Below, piece by piece: positions 10,746-21,922 of a stretch of 64,000 bases of DNA. The position numbers were made by a program, and so were the translations under genes. The first letter of the stretch is position 1. The number at the start of each line of letters is the position of its first letter. The notes under the pieces are model-generated. The model made no database searches. It was not told the DNA's origin and saw only the letters and a program-made list of their open reading frames with translations. The stretch is taken from the NCBI GenBank assembly GCA_963722765.1, contig CAVROO010000007.1, forward strand, positions 159,606 to 223,605. Direction: 5' to 3'. The stretch comes from an uncultured Acidobacteriota bacterium (lineage in GTDB: Bacteria; Acidobacteriota; Vicinamibacteria; Marinacidobacterales; DATDRI01).

Positions 10746-11823
10746 CTACTCAAGCTCTTTCAGCACCTCGGACAGGATAGCGAGTGCCTCATCGAAGCCT
10801 TCGTCACAGGCACCGAACCCAAGACGGAAATGCTGGGGAAATCCAAAGCAATCTCCCGGCGCCAGCAGGACGCCTAGCTCGGCGGCGCGTTCGCAAAAGG
10901 GACGGCTGTCGTCATGGGCCACCAAACGGGGAAAAGCCGTAAAGCTTCCAGTGGGACGGATCCACGAGAGGCGATCGCCATGCTCGAAAAGAAGACCTCG
11001 AGGTCGACGCAAGTTGGCTTCCGCGACTTCACGGGCTCTCACGAAAATGGCTTCCCGATTCCGGACGGCCGTTTCCGCCAAGGCCTCGCCGACGTAGGTG
11101 TTCGAGATCGTGAAATAGGATCTCGCGTTCCAGTGCCCCTCGAGTCGGATTTCGTCCCGATCGATAATCCACCCAATGCGCAGCCCGCTGAGGCAAAACG
11201 CTTTGGAGAGATCACCCAACACGATCGCGTGTGGCAACGCCGCAGCCGTCGGGTAGGCCTCGCCGTGGTAGATGGGTCGATAGACTTCATCAACCACCAA
11301 CTGGACGCCGCGCTCGGCGGTGATGTCGTGGAGCTTTCGAAGAATCTCCGGTGCGACGACCGCTCCGCTCGGATTGTGTGGTGTATTGACGAGAAGCAGT
11401 TTCGTGTGGTCGTCGACGAGCGATAAGACAGCGTCCGCATCGAGCGCAAACTCGTCCTCGGCACGAAGCGTATAGGTCCGTGTCTCGATTCCCAGCGATT
11501 CCGGTACGGCGGTGAACGGAGGAAACCCCGGACTCGGTACCACCACGTTGGCGCCCGGCTCCGCGGCGTGGAAGAACAGGCTCAAGAGCGCTTCCGAGGC
11601 TCCAGTGACGATTTGAACCTCGTCTTTGTCGACGCCATACCATTGGGCAACCGCCTGTCGTAGAGTATGCGTTTCCTCGGCTCGGGCAATAGGAGACCTT
11701 ACCTTGGAGGAGCTTTTCCCTCTCCTCATCCGTCATCAGGTCGAGGAGCTCCTGTAGCTTCCAGGTCGGACCGGTGCTCGCAGCAAGGTTGTACTTCGTC
11801 GTCTCTGGATAAGCTCGAGCCAC
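10746..11823 (-). CDS. PLP-dependent aminotransferase, class I/II, one frameshift
   Basis: N-terminus MARAYPETTKYNLAASTGPTWKLQELL in ORF 11290..11823. Body NTPHNPSGAVV and DLSKAFCLSGLRIGW (Lys-PLP region) in ORF 10746..11729. Frames switch near 11700-11730. Confidence 0.8.
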
Positions 11824-11861
11824 TGTTCGAGCGCGAAGGTTTGAGTTTCATAGCGTCGCTA

Positions 11862-12905
11862 TCCCTTCTGATTACCCTTTGATTTCCCGCATCCAGCCGT
11901 GCTCGTCGGGCAAGTCTCCGTACTGGATTCCCGTCAACCTTCTCGTAGAGCGCCGTGCAATGGGGCCCCGGCTTTCCGTCTTTCAAGTAGACAATGGTCC
12001 GGTCCCGGTAGGTGATGCTCTCGATGGGCGTGATAACAGCCGCCGTTCCACAGGCGCCCGTCTCGACGAAAGTCGTCGAGCTCGTCGACGAGACGGGACG
12101 CTCTTCCACACTATAGCCCAGGTCGGCAGCCAGAGTCCGCAGCGACAAGTTGGTGATGGAACGAAGGATCGAAGGAGAGTTCGGCGTGACGTAGGCCTTG
12201 TCCTTGGTGATGCCGAAGAAGTTGGCCGCACCCAGCTCGTCGATGAACTTGTGCTTTTGCGAATCCAAGTAGAGGGCCTCGCCGTAGCCCTTGGATTGGG
12301 CCCTCACCGTGGCTCGCATGCCGGCGGCATAGTTGCCCCCCGCTTTGGCGGTCCCCACGCCGAGGGGCGCCGCACAATCGAACTCCTCTTCCACAACCAG
12401 CTTGGTGGGTGAAAAGCCTTGCTTGAAGTAGGGGCCCACCGGTGTGACCAAGACCAAGAAGAGATACTCGTCGGCAGGCGACACGCCAATCCTGGCGCCG
12501 GAGCCGATGAGGAGAGGTCGGACGTAAAGGGTAGCGCCACTACCGTAGGGCGGCACGAATCGCTTGTTGGCCCGAACAACGCGTTCGACGGCTTCACGAA
12601 CAGTTCCACCGGAGGCGCCTGCATCGAGAGCATCTCCGCCGAGTGCTGCATCCGTTTGGCATTCTCTTCGACGCGGAAGGACAGAATCCGGCCGTCCTTG
12701 GCTTCGTAGACCTTCAGCCCCTCGAACGCCGCCTGACCGTAGTGAAGAGCGAGGCGGCGATGTGAATCGGGAGGAGCTCCGAGTCGGTCTCTTCCCCGTC
12801 ATCCCATTTGCCCTCCCGCCAGCGGTAGCGAAGGTTGACGTCCGTTTTCTGAAAGTCGAAAGGCAGAGTGGCGTAATCCAAGTCGGCTTTTTCGATGGTT
12901 TTCAT
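11862..12905 (-). pseudogene. ilvE: branched-chain amino acid aminotransferase (class IV, type II), at least four frameshifts
   Basis: Pieces in three frames. MKTIEKADLDYATLPF (start 12905, SD GAGGAGG) in one frame. RMQHSAEMLSMQAPPVELFV in a second. EAVERVV...GSGATLYVRPLLIG...EYLFLVLVTPVGPYF...GVGTAKAGGNYAA...ETGACGTAAVITP in a third. C-terminus LTGIQYGDLPDEHGWMREIKG-stop in a fourth. Confidence 0.85.
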
Positions 12906-13078
12906 AGTTCCTCCTCGACGGATTCTGGCCGGCCATACATCGATTGTCTTGCATTTGTGTGGACATCTGATCCATATTGTCATACCATAAAAGAGGTCAA
13001 TCAACATTATACACTCGGACAATCGATGAATAAATATGACAATATAGATTTATTGTCCGACCTCAAAGGGTTATTAAG

Positions 13079-14564
13079 TTGGCTTTGAATCTTCGAATCG
13101 ACAAGCAAGACAAGGGCGGGCCGCTCTATCGACAAATCGCCGAGCAGATTATTCATCGCATCGAGGAGGGTGCTCTCCCCAACGGGAGCAAGCTTCCCAC
13201 GGTTCGCGAGCTCGCCGGCGAGCTCGAAATAACTCGGGTCACCGCGCACAACGCGTATAACGAGCTCAAGTCGAGAGGATGGATCGACGCGACCGTCGGA
13301 CGAGGTACCTATGTCACCGGTCTGAGACCGGATCCGCCCGAACGGATCGAAACGCTGAGCGGCTCGGCGATTACTCCCGACAAGGTCATGGCGGACATCG
13401 CCCGCATGATGCATTTACCGGGAACTCGCTCTCTCGCCATGGCCGAGCCCGACTCGAGGCTCTACCCGGCAAAGGAGTTCATGCGTCTCCTTCGACCGTT
13501 GGAGAGCCAGGCGGAAGATTTATTTCGATACGGACCCTATCAGGGCGAAGCCGATCTCCGACATATGCTTTCCGGACTTCTTATGGAGCGAGGCATTCGC
13601 GCCAACCCGGATGACATCATCGTCACCACCGGAGTGACCCAAGGATTGTCACTGGCCACCGCGGCTCTTTGTGAGCCGGGCGACAAGGTTCTCGTGGAGC
13701 GTCCGACCTATCTTGGATTCCTGAGTCTTCTCGAGTCTATGGACGTCGAGCCCATCGGCATCCCACTTGACGATCAGGGACCCGACCTAGACTATCTAAA
13801 ACGGATTCTCGTGCGAGAACGCCCCCGTTTCTTTTACACCATACCGAGCTTTCAGAATCCAACCGGGCTTTCCATGTCCGAAGACCGTCGGGACCAACTG
13901 CTGGCGCTTGTCGGAGAGTACGGTCTTTCCGTCGTGGAAGACGACATCTACGGGCGCCTGAGCTACGACGGCCCCCCGGCCCGGCCGTTGAAGGCGCGAG
14001 ACCGAGACAACCTCGTTGTGTACCTTGATAGTTTTTCCAAGTCACTTCTTCCGGGATTGCGGGTCGGTTTCGTCGTACCACCGACGGCACTCAAAGAGAA
14101 GCTGCTTTCACTCTTGAGGGCCCGCGAATTGGGTGGCATCCCCAATGATTCAACGTTGCCTGGCGGAGTTCATACGACGGGGGATGCTGCAAGAATATTG
14201 GGAGCGGGCGATTCCCGTTTATCGTCGGCGACGAGACCTCCTGGTCGAAGCGCTCGGACGATCGATGCCGGAAGGGGTCGATTGGACCCATCCTCGCGGC
14301 GGATACTGTTCGTGGATCTCACTTCCCGAGGAAGGCGATTTCAGCCAGCTCTATCGCGCCGCCTTGTCTCGCGGAGTGGCCTATACTCCGGGTGAAGTCT
14401 TCTTGACCGCTCCCGACCGCAGGCGACACCTTCGCCTGTGCTTCAGCTCGGAAGACGACAAGGTCATTCTGGAAGCCGTCTCGATCCTCGGAGAGCTGAT
14501 CAAAAACGAAAGCCGGCAGGTTTCGATTCCCGGTCACCTTCATGGCTCGAAACCCATCGTGTGA
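13079..14564 (+). CDS. MocR/PdxR-like GntR-family transcriptional regulator with aminotransferase domain, one frameshift
   Basis: N-terminal wHTH LPTVRELAGELEITRVTAHNAYNEL. Aminotransferase fold domain. The C-terminal part SPMIQRCLAEFIRRGMLQEYWERAIPVYRRRRDLL continues in ORF 14133..14564. Shift near 14130. Start is TTG or near it. Confidence 0.8.
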
Positions 14565-14680
14565 ATCTCCCAATCGGTCCGAGCCCGTGCCCCCGCCCGA
14601 GAGGTAGAATCTGCGAAAACTGATGGTAATCTTCATGACTACGAAGAGAGTTCTATCCCAATAAATGTTCGGGCTCGGGT

Positions 14681-15115
14681 TCAGGCTCGGCAACGGGCAA
14701 GGGATTGCGCGTCAACACTCTCGGCGCGATTGACCATGGAGATCTGGTCATTCAAGGTCCAGTAGTCGTAGAGATACCCCAACCCCAGCAGGCCGCCCGT
14801 GACGAGATATAGGATTCCGGTGAGCCACTTCCCCATATACATGCGGTGGATACCGAAAACCCCGAGAAAGGTCAGTAGAATCCAGGCAACCGTGTAATCA
14901 ATGGGGCCTGCAGTGAATCGGAGGTCCGCCTGCCGGTCCATCGAGGGGATGAGAAACAGGTCAATCAACCACCCGACCCCCAACAAGCCCAGCGTAAAAA
15001 ACCAGATCGTGCCCGTAACGGGTTTTCCGTAGTAGAAACGGTGGGCGCCCAAGAAGCCGAATATCCAAAGAATATAGCCGATGGATTTGAGATGTGTGTC
15101 GTTTTTCTGTTCCAA
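14681..15115 (-). CDS. TM2 domain-containing membrane protein
   Basis: Two TM2 repeats with the GAHRFYYGK motif and IHRMYMGKWLTG. Confidence 0.8.
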   Translation of the reverse strand: MEQKNDTHLKSIGYILWIFGFLGAHRFYYGKPVTGTIWFFTLGLLGVGWLIDLFLIPSMDRQADLRFTAGPIDYTVAWILLTFLGVFGIHRMYMGKWLTGILYLVTGGLLGLGYLYDYWTLNDQISMVNRAESVDAQSLARCRA

Positions 15116-15132
15116 TGTTCGAGTCCCCTAGT

Positions 15133-16237
15133 TTAGGTTACGAAATCACTCAGGGCTTTGTTCACGTTCCGAAGACCGGTCTCGATCTCGTCTCGGTCGG
15201 CGCCGAAGCCGATCCGGAAGTGACGTTCGTCCATTTCGAAACAACGGCCGGGAAGGACGAAGGTCTTATATTCCTCGGCAAGGCGGCGGTAGAGCGTTTC
15301 CGGCTCGACGTCCACATGCGCTTTGATACGAGGAAAGCAAACGACTCCCGCTTCAGGCTCGATCCACTCGAAATCGTCTTGCTCTCCCATCCACCCGGAA
15401 ACAACTTTCAGGTTCCTCTCGATCCGTCGCTTGGCATCATCGAGATAGCGCTCTTTGTTGCCCAGCACGTGAATGGCGACTTCTTCGCCAATCGCATTAT
15501 TGGTGATGCTTCCTTGCTCCCGAATGGCCAACGTCGCTGCGAGTAGAGAAGGGATCGCGAGTAGCGAGCCAACCGATCCGGATACCGGGAAGACCGTAAC
15601 ATTTCGACATGGTGGAAATACTCACCACCTTCGAGCTCAGCGTTGCGGCAGGCGGTAAAGGATTCTCCCGATCCATGTCGCGGTAGGTCTCGTCGAAAAG
15701 CAAATAAGTATCCAAAGACTCGACCAGCTCAACAACCTGCTGGAGCTCATCTTCGGTGATCTTGGAGCCTGTGGGATTGTTGGGATGAGTCAGACTCACC
15801 AACTTGGTTTGTGGAGTTACCAGCCGTTTGAGCTCATCGAGATCCGGTTTGAAACGGTTCTCGTATCTCAAAGTGAACAAGCTGACATTACCTCCCAGCG
15901 AGCGGGGAACCTCGTAGAGGGAGGGATAGTTCGGGTGCTCGATGACCACGTGGTCGCCCGGTTTGACCAGCGCCGAGACCACACAGAAGTTCGCCTCGCT
16001 CGCACCCGTTGTGGCAATGACCTGTTCCGGAGAGAAGCCCTCGTACTGCTCCGCAATCCGTTCCCTGAGCTCCGGCTTTCCGCGGTGGTGGCCGTAGCGA
16101 AAAACGATATCTTTGAGATCGATGTCGATGTCGCCCAGGGAGAGGCACTTGACCGCGCTTTCTCCGATGTCGTAGTCGACGGCGTATTGATAGGTATCGA
16201 ACCAATCTTCGAGAGCCATACGATGGAACCACATGAT
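15133..16237 (-). CDS. PLP-dependent aminotransferase, class I/II, one frameshift
   Basis: MWFHRMALEDWFDTYQ...THPNNPTGSKI...STMSKCYGLPGIRIGW in ORF 15497..16312. C-terminal domain (FRIGFGAD) in ORF 15133..15531. Frames join near 15500-15530. Confidence 0.8.
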
Positions 16238-16289
16238 GACCACCTTTCTAATCGCACCTATTTGACACGATCGCTTCGAACCCAGCAAC

Positions 16290-16995
16290 TCATTCGAAGG
16301 CCAGCCGGGCAAACCGATCCATCATGTTCGCAGAGGGCGACGGCATCACCGCTCGAATCAATTGATCTGCATCTTGGCCTTGCTTCAAAAGCTCGTCGCG
16401 TTGCCGGTCGATGTAATAGCGGAGCACCCGTTCGGAAAACTCGGGATGAAATTGCACCCCCCACTGCCTCTCACCAAACCGGACGGCGTGGTTGGGATCG
16501 AAAGCGGAGCTCGCCAGTCGGGTGGCCCCCGGCGGCAAGGTCAGAACCGACTGAGTATGCGTCGCGTAGGCCGGAAAGGACGAAGGCATGGCAGACATCA
16601 AGGAATCGTTTCGAGCCTCCGGAAGGCAACGAATCGAGACCGTACCGACCTCACGTCCTTCGGGATGATCTCCAACTTCGCCACCCAGAGCGTGAGCCAA
16701 GAGTTGGTGTCCAAAACAGATTCCGAAGACAGGGACGTTACTTTCAAGAAGCAAGTGGAGCCAGTTCGCCGCCCTTTCAATCCAAGGGTCCCCATCGGTC
16801 ACCATTTCGTGCGCACCGGTAATAATGACCGCTTCCGGGTGCGACGGAAACTCCGCCGTCGATTGAGCATCGACCACAAGAGTGCGTTCCTTTGGAACCG
16901 TAATGCCGCGAGCCACCCAATCCTCGAAATCGCCGTGTTGGCACGCCAGAATCCGCGAAAGTCGAGCCCGTCTTGAGAATAACTAGTCGACTCAT
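16290..16995 (-). CDS. class I glutamine amidotransferase (GATase1-like), one frameshift
   Basis: Start MSRLVILKTGSTFADS in ORF 16777..16995, then GICFGHQLLAHALGG...HPEF in ORF 16290..16916. Shift near 16960. Confidence 0.8.
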
Positions 16996-17119
16996 CTTCT
17001 TTATTCTTTTTGGGGTTTTCTTTTCTGGGTTCTCGAGCTCTCTTTTTCCGTAGCGAGACCAAATCCTATCAAACCGCGAGCCGCCAGCTCGTCACTTTAT
17101 CAGAACGGGCTATCATAGT

Positions 17120-17657
17120 TTGTATAAGGAGGGCGATGTGCCGGCGATCGGTCATTTGGCTGTTGGACTCGCAACGGCTCGAATCGGGGGAAGACCCGAA
17201 AGACGACCGCGCCTCGTGTGGCTCTGTGGTCTCGTCGCCCGTGCCTATCTCCCAGACCTCGACGTCATTGCCTTCAAGTTGGGCATCCCTTACCACGCGC
17301 CTTGGGGTCATCGCGGCGCCGCCCACTCCTTGGGCTTTGCATTGATTCTCGGAGCGCTGTTGGCCGCCGTCGGACGATTGAGCGGATGGTTCCCGGCTTC
17401 GGTCGGCATCCTGGGCGGCCTGGTCATGGCAAGCCACGGAGTCATGGATACTCTAACCGATGGCGGGCTTGGGATCGCGGTCTTTTGGCCTTCTCTCGAA
17501 CGAACGCTATTTTGCTCCTTGGACGCCTATTCCAGTCGCTCCAATCGGTCTCGGCATGTTCTCCTCCCGCGGCCTCTACGTGATCGGACGAGAACTGATT
17601 CTCTTCTCTCCCCTTTTCATGCTCGCCGCGTTGTGGCCAAGGAGGAAATGCCGTTGA
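17120..17657 (+). CDS. membrane-bound metal-dependent hydrolase, YdjM/DUF457 family, one frameshift
   Basis: GHLAVGLA...PDLDVI...HRGAAHSL motifs. C-terminal TM part FAPWTPIPVAPIGLGMFSSRGLYVIGRELILFSPLFMLAAL lies in ORF 17460..17657. Confidence 0.7.
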
Positions 17658-17662
17658 GTTGT

Positions 17663-18082
17663 TTAGACCTCACCAAGGGACAGGTCGCCGTAGATTTTGT
17701 AAACACGCCCGTCCCGTGCCACTTTGAGCTCGCGCTTGGGAAAGACTTTAGGTAGTTCGTCCTGTAGGAGCTTCACCACTTCACTCTCGATGGTCTCCCG
17801 AACATCATCAGGAACCTCGCTCAAAGTTGACATTTGTACCTGAAGAACATAGCCGGGCCCGAGCTCTGAGCCGAAGCCGGCGGTAAAAGCCGCTCCCACG
17901 TTGAAGAGCCCGTCGTCTTCCTTGTTTGAGGTGGTGTTACGTCGGGAACGAACCGGATGGAGAGGGTATTTCTTTCCGTACCGGTTTTCGAGCCGGTCGT
18001 CTATTCGATCGAACACCTTCTTCAGTTTTCTCTCCCACTTGACCGCCGCAGGGTGTCGCGCCATATTCAGGAAATCCTCCAC
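17663..18082 (-). CDS. hypothetical protein
   Basis: 139-aa ORF convergent with the YdjM-like gene. No known domain recognised. Confidence 0.4.
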   Translation of the reverse strand: MEDFLNMARHPAAVKWERKLKKVFDRIDDRLENRYGKKYPLHPVRSRRNTTSNKEDDGLFNVGAAFTAGFGSELGPGYVLQVQMSTLSEVPDDVRETIESEVVKLLQDELPKVFPKRELKVARDGRVYKIYGDLSLGEV

Positions 18083-18385
18083 CTCGCATCGGACCGCACC
18101 GCCCGACCTCTCGTATCGAAGTTAGCACAAAGTGGTGCGATAGCGTCACTCTACTTGGGCCTCTGAGGGATAAACCCTACAATTCCGGCGGGAAAAACCC
18201 AACTCGGCGACCGACCTCGAACTCACCATAAGGTATTGTTTTCCAATAACTTCGGCGCCTATGTGGACCGTTTGGAGGGCCACACTCGAGCTGGTCCAAC
18301 TATTGCATTTAGGTGAGGGACAAAATGATCTCATCACCTCGCCTGGGGTGAATGGACCCGCAGGCAGATTTGAGCAGGTAAACCC

Positions 18386-21169
18386 TTGAGCAGCATGGAT
18401 AGCGCCGTACCAGTCAACGACACGAGCGAATCCCAGAACGATACCGTCAAACTCGCACCCGAGGATTTGGAGAAACTCCAGCAGGCGGTAGCCAAAACTC
18501 TTGGTGACCGCTACGAGGTCTTGTCCCGCTTGTCCTCGGGCTCGCTGGCAGACGTATATCACGCCCGAGATTCGATGCTCGACCGCGAGGTGGCCATCAA
18601 GCGCGTTCGTCTCGACGGATTGACGAATCCGAACAACCGGAACGAGGCCAAAAAGCGCTTTCTCCGGGAAGCCAAGGTCGCAGCGAGGCTCAACCATCCC
18701 AATATCGTCACGATATATGACATCGTTGACTCCAAGACGGTGAGCTTCTTTGTCATGGAGTTCATCGACGGAACGAACCTCGAGAAGTTGCTCGAAGAAA
18801 AGAAGCGGCTGTCGTGGGATGAAACCCTTCACATTCTGACCCAAGCCGCCGATGCACTGGACCACGCACATCAAGGCACGGTCGTTCACCGAGACATCAA
18901 GCCGTCCAACATCATTATCGAGCGTTCCGGGCGGGTTAAAGTTGCGGACTTCGGGATCGCAAAATCCGAGACCTCCGGCAATATCACGACGACGGGAACG
19001 ATCTTGGGAACTCCCAACTACATGTCTCCGGAACAGGCCCGGGGGAACAGGAAGATCGACGGCCGCGCCGACCTCTTTTCGTTGGGATGCATCTTGTACG
19101 AGTGTCTTTCCGGAGACAAGCCGTTTCAAGCCGACAGCACCATCGGCATCTTGATGCGGATCGTCGGTGACGACATGCCCGAGCTCGATTGCGAGAAACT
19201 GGGGTTGGACCCCAAGGTGAGCGAGATACTACACCGAGCCCTTGCCAAGAATCCAGACGAGCGAATCGCAACGGGTGGAGAGCTTTTAGAGGCGCTTCAG
19301 ACGATTACGCATTCGGAACCGGATAGTCGCGAGACGAAGGAAGAGACGAGCGTGCCGGAAGAGCGGATCGAAGCGCCAGAAAAATCTGACGCAGGAGCGG
19401 AGGCAGAAGACAGCCAAGAGACAGAAGACGAACTGAAGGCTAAGGAACAGCAGAAGGCTGAGGAGCAGCAGAAGGCCGAGGAAACGCAGAAGGCCGAGGA
19501 AACGCAAGACGTAGAAGAAGCTGAGGCACCCGCGCCCAAGCCCATCACACGTCGCGACGAGGGCTCCGAGCCCGCATACGACAACACCTTGCAGGGTACG
19601 CTGGGCGAGAAAGACCTCGCGCATGTGATACGCGACGTCTATGTCAACCGCCGTACCGGAATCCTTCATCTAGTCCAAGAAAACGTCAACAAACGCATCT
19701 ACATCAAGAAAGGCTCGATCGTCTTTGCCAATTCCGACCTCAACGACGACCGTTTAGGCGAGTTTCTGATAAAACAAAACGTGATCGACCGCTCGGCCTT
19801 CGATGAAGCGGTCAAGGTCATGAAAGAAACGGGACATCGCCTAGGTGGGGCTCTCGTTGACCTTGGTCATCTGGACGAAGAAAAGCTCAACGAGCAGGTC
19901 ACCGAGCAAATCAAGAGCATCATCTTTTCAGTCTTCGAATGGGAAGCCGGGCAATTTGCCTTCGAGCGACTGGAGACTCCGGTCGAGGAAGACATTATCG
20001 TCGGCCTATCGACCGCCGACACAATCCTCGAGGGCATCCGACGGATGAAAAGCATGGACACCATACGCCAAGCTCTCGGACAGCTCGACCGGGTGCTGGC
20101 CCATCCCGAGAATCCGCTCCTCATGTACCAGAAATTCAGTCTCACGCCTGAGGAGGGTTTCGTGATGTCCCGAGTGGATGGCACGACGACCGTAGCGGAG
20201 GCGGCGGCACTTTCTCCCATGGGCGAAGAGGATACGCTTCGGTGCATCTACGGTCTCGTCTGCGCCGGTGTGCTCACGCTGGAAGAACGAGCACAGGAGC
20301 GTACCGATCGCCTGAAACGACTGACGAAAGCGGACGAGGCCAAGCTGCCCTCGCCCGAAGCCGAGATCAAGGAACAGCCGGCCAGAACCGCCCCCGTCAC
20401 CGACAAAGAAAAGAAGGATTCGAGTCCGACAGCGGAGCAGCAGGCGGTCAAGGACGAGATCGCTGCCAAGCATGCCTCTCTTACCACAGCAAACCACTAC
20501 GAACTACTAGAGGTGGAAACGACGGCGGACGAGGCTCAAATCAAAGAAGCCTACTATGCGATGGTGAAGAAGTATCACCCAGACCGGCATCACTCTCCTC
20601 ACTTCGAGGATTTGCACGGGCTTCTCGAAGATCTAATGGTCAAGGTCACCGCGGCCTACCAGTTGCTGTCCACACCGGTGGATCGTACGCAGTATGACAA
20701 GACACTTCGGTCCAATGAATCTCCTTCTGGGAAATCGCCCTTCGTTGATGATCCGGACGTCACAACCGCGACTCCCGAGGAAGTAGCGGAAAAACATTAT
20801 CGGGAGGGAAACCGTCTCTTCAACGAGATGGCCTATTTCGATGCGATCCAATGTCTCCAAGAGGCAGTGAGGCTAAATCCGAACAAGGCTTCCTTTCACA
20901 AACTACTTGCAAAAAGCTTGAGCAAGAACCCGAACTGGAGAAAGGACGCGGAAAGTCACTTCTTGAAGACCCTCGAGCTCGATCCCTCCGACGCGGAATC
21001 CTACGTGGGCTTGGCGATTATCTACGATGAGCTGGGGCTCTCCACCCGATCCCAAAAAACCTGGCGAAAGATACTCGAGCTCGAGCCCGATAACGATGTC
21101 GCCTACGCGAAGGTTCACGGCAAGAAGAAAAACGGCGGCCTGATGGGCCTTTTGAGAAAAAGGGCTTAA
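18386..21169 (+). CDS. multidomain Ser/Thr protein kinase: kinase + acidic linker + DUF4388 + DnaJ J-domain + TPR repeats
   Basis: Intact 927-aa ORF. Kinase subdomains VAIKRV, HRDIKPSNIII, DFGIAK, GTPNYMSPEQ. EEQQKAEE linker. DUF4388-like block (ILHLVQEN...IYIKKGSIVFA...LGEFLIKQNVI...LGGALVDLG...FEWEAGQFAFE). J-domain with HPD (NHYELLEV...KKYHPDRH). Then TPR repeats. Confidence 0.9.
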   Translation: MSSMDSAVPVNDTSESQNDTVKLAPEDLEKLQQAVAKTLGDRYEVLSRLSSGSLADVYHARDSMLDREVAIKRVRLDGLTNPNNRNEAKKRFLREAKVAARLNHPNIVTIYDIVDSKTVSFFVMEFIDGTNLEKLLEEKKRLSWDETLHILTQAADALDHAHQGTVVHRDIKPSNIIIERSGRVKVADFGIAKSETSGNITTTGTILGTPNYMSPEQARGNRKIDGRADLFSLGCILYECLSGDKPFQADSTIGILMRIVGDDMPELDCEKLGLDPKVSEILHRALAKNPDERIATGGELLEALQTITHSEPDSRETKEETSVPEERIEAPEKSDAGAEAEDSQETEDELKAKEQQKAEEQQKAEETQKAEETQDVEEAEAPAPKPITRRDEGSEPAYDNTLQGTLGEKDLAHVIRDVYVNRRTGILHLVQENVNKRIYIKKGSIVFANSDLNDDRLGEFLIKQNVIDRSAFDEAVKVMKETGHRLGGALVDLGHLDEEKLNEQVTEQIKSIIFSVFEWEAGQFAFERLETPVEEDIIVGLSTADTILEGIRRMKSMDTIRQALGQLDRVLAHPENPLLMYQKFSLTPEEGFVMSRVDGTTTVAEAAALSPMGEEDTLRCIYGLVCAGVLTLEERAQERTDRLKRLTKADEAKLPSPEAEIKEQPARTAPVTDKEKKDSSPTAEQQAVKDEIAAKHASLTTANHYELLEVETTADEAQIKEAYYAMVKKYHPDRHHSPHFEDLHGLLEDLMVKVTAAYQLLSTPVDRTQYDKTLRSNESPSGKSPFVDDPDVTTATPEEVAEKHYREGNRLFNEMAYFDAIQCLQEAVRLNPNKASFHKLLAKSLSKNPNWRKDAESHFLKTLELDPSDAESYVGLAIIYDELGLSTRSQKTWRKILELEPDNDVAYAKVHGKKKNGGLMGLLRKRA

Positions 21170-21170
21170 A

Positions 21171-21188
21171 GGGACAGGTCCCTTTTTT
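21171..21188 (+). terminator. intrinsic terminator of the kinase gene: GGGACAGGTCCC hairpin followed by T6
   Basis: A perfect 5-bp stem with 2-nt loop sits 2 nt after the kinase TAA stop, followed by TTTTTT. Confidence 0.7.
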
Positions 21189-21207
21189 CGTTCCCGCTAC
21201 TTTCCGG

Positions 21208-21225
21208 AAAAAAGGGACCTGTCCC
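21208..21225 (-). terminator. intrinsic terminator of the cytochrome c gene (mirror hairpin GGGACCTGTCCC preceded by A6 on the + strand)
   Basis: Read on the minus strand, it gives hairpin + U6 immediately after the cyt c stop. With the previous feature it forms a bidirectional terminator. Confidence 0.7.
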
Positions 21226-21229
21226 TTTA

Positions 21230-21640
21230 CTATCTTAGTGACTTCAAATAGGTAAATATCGCGGTAGCATCTTCCCGTGTCATTCGAAAAGGGGGCATGG
21301 GCGAGCGTGGAGTCTCGCCCGTCGGGCGAGACCCGGTTTGCATGAGGGTAACGAAGTCTTCCTCCTCCCATCCGGCTAGACCGGCGATTTTGGGAGCGGA
21401 CGACGCCCACTGCTCGTTGGGAAAAGGGGACGCAAAGGGTATACGGGCCCCGGCCAACGGTCGCTGCGCGATGAGCTCTCCTCGAGCGTCTCGCGGGGTG
21501 TGGCACTGAACGCACATGGCGACGCTTTCCACCAAGTACCGGCCTTGTTCCACTTGGCTATCCGTTTCTTCCGATCGGGACTCGCTCTGTAACCAGACCA
21601 AGACGACGGGAAGGGCCAAGATCCAAAAGATAGTTTTCAT
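21230..21640 (-). CDS. class I cytochrome c (monoheme), secreted
   Basis: Signal peptide MKTIFWILALPVVLVWL. Heme-binding CVQCH motif. Distal Met-rich C-terminus PRSPMPPFRM. Confidence 0.8.
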   Translation of the reverse strand: MKTIFWILALPVVLVWLQSESRSEETDSQVEQGRYLVESVAMCVQCHTPRDARGELIAQRPLAGARIPFASPFPNEQWASSAPKIAGLAGWEEEDFVTLMQTGSRPTGETPRSPMPPFRMTREDATAIFTYLKSLR

Positions 21641-21881
21641 CAGATTCTCCTGAGCTCGTGAATCGGCTGCATCGGGCTCCGCTCAATGGAATGAGATGTT
21701 GCTGGGCTCCCACCAACGGGCGTCCCTCCACATAATTCCTCCTGGCTGACGGGCCTTAATGCCCGCCCCTCTAGTGATACAAAAGCGTAAACAAAATTAT
21801 CTGTTTTGACGGCGCTAGAGGCAAGCAATTCTGGCTCAATCTGTCCGAAAGGCCAACTCGATTTTGCCTACTCCACGCTAT

Positions 21882-21897
21882 TGGCATAACGTTTGCT
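21882..21897 (+). promoter_or_regulatory. putative sigma-54 (-24/-12) promoter upstream of the sensor kinase gene
   Basis: TGGCATaacgtTTGCT matches TGGCAC-N5-TTGCW with correct GG/GC spacing, 26 nt upstream of the HK start. Confidence 0.6.
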
Positions 21898-21922
21898 CTA
21901 GAACCGGCGTCATGGAGAACTC

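Noticed and set aside
18146-19129. 327-aa ORF on the - strand
   Set aside because: It overlaps the 5' region of the intact Ser/Thr kinase gene on the opposite strand. No motifs. High-GC antisense artefact.
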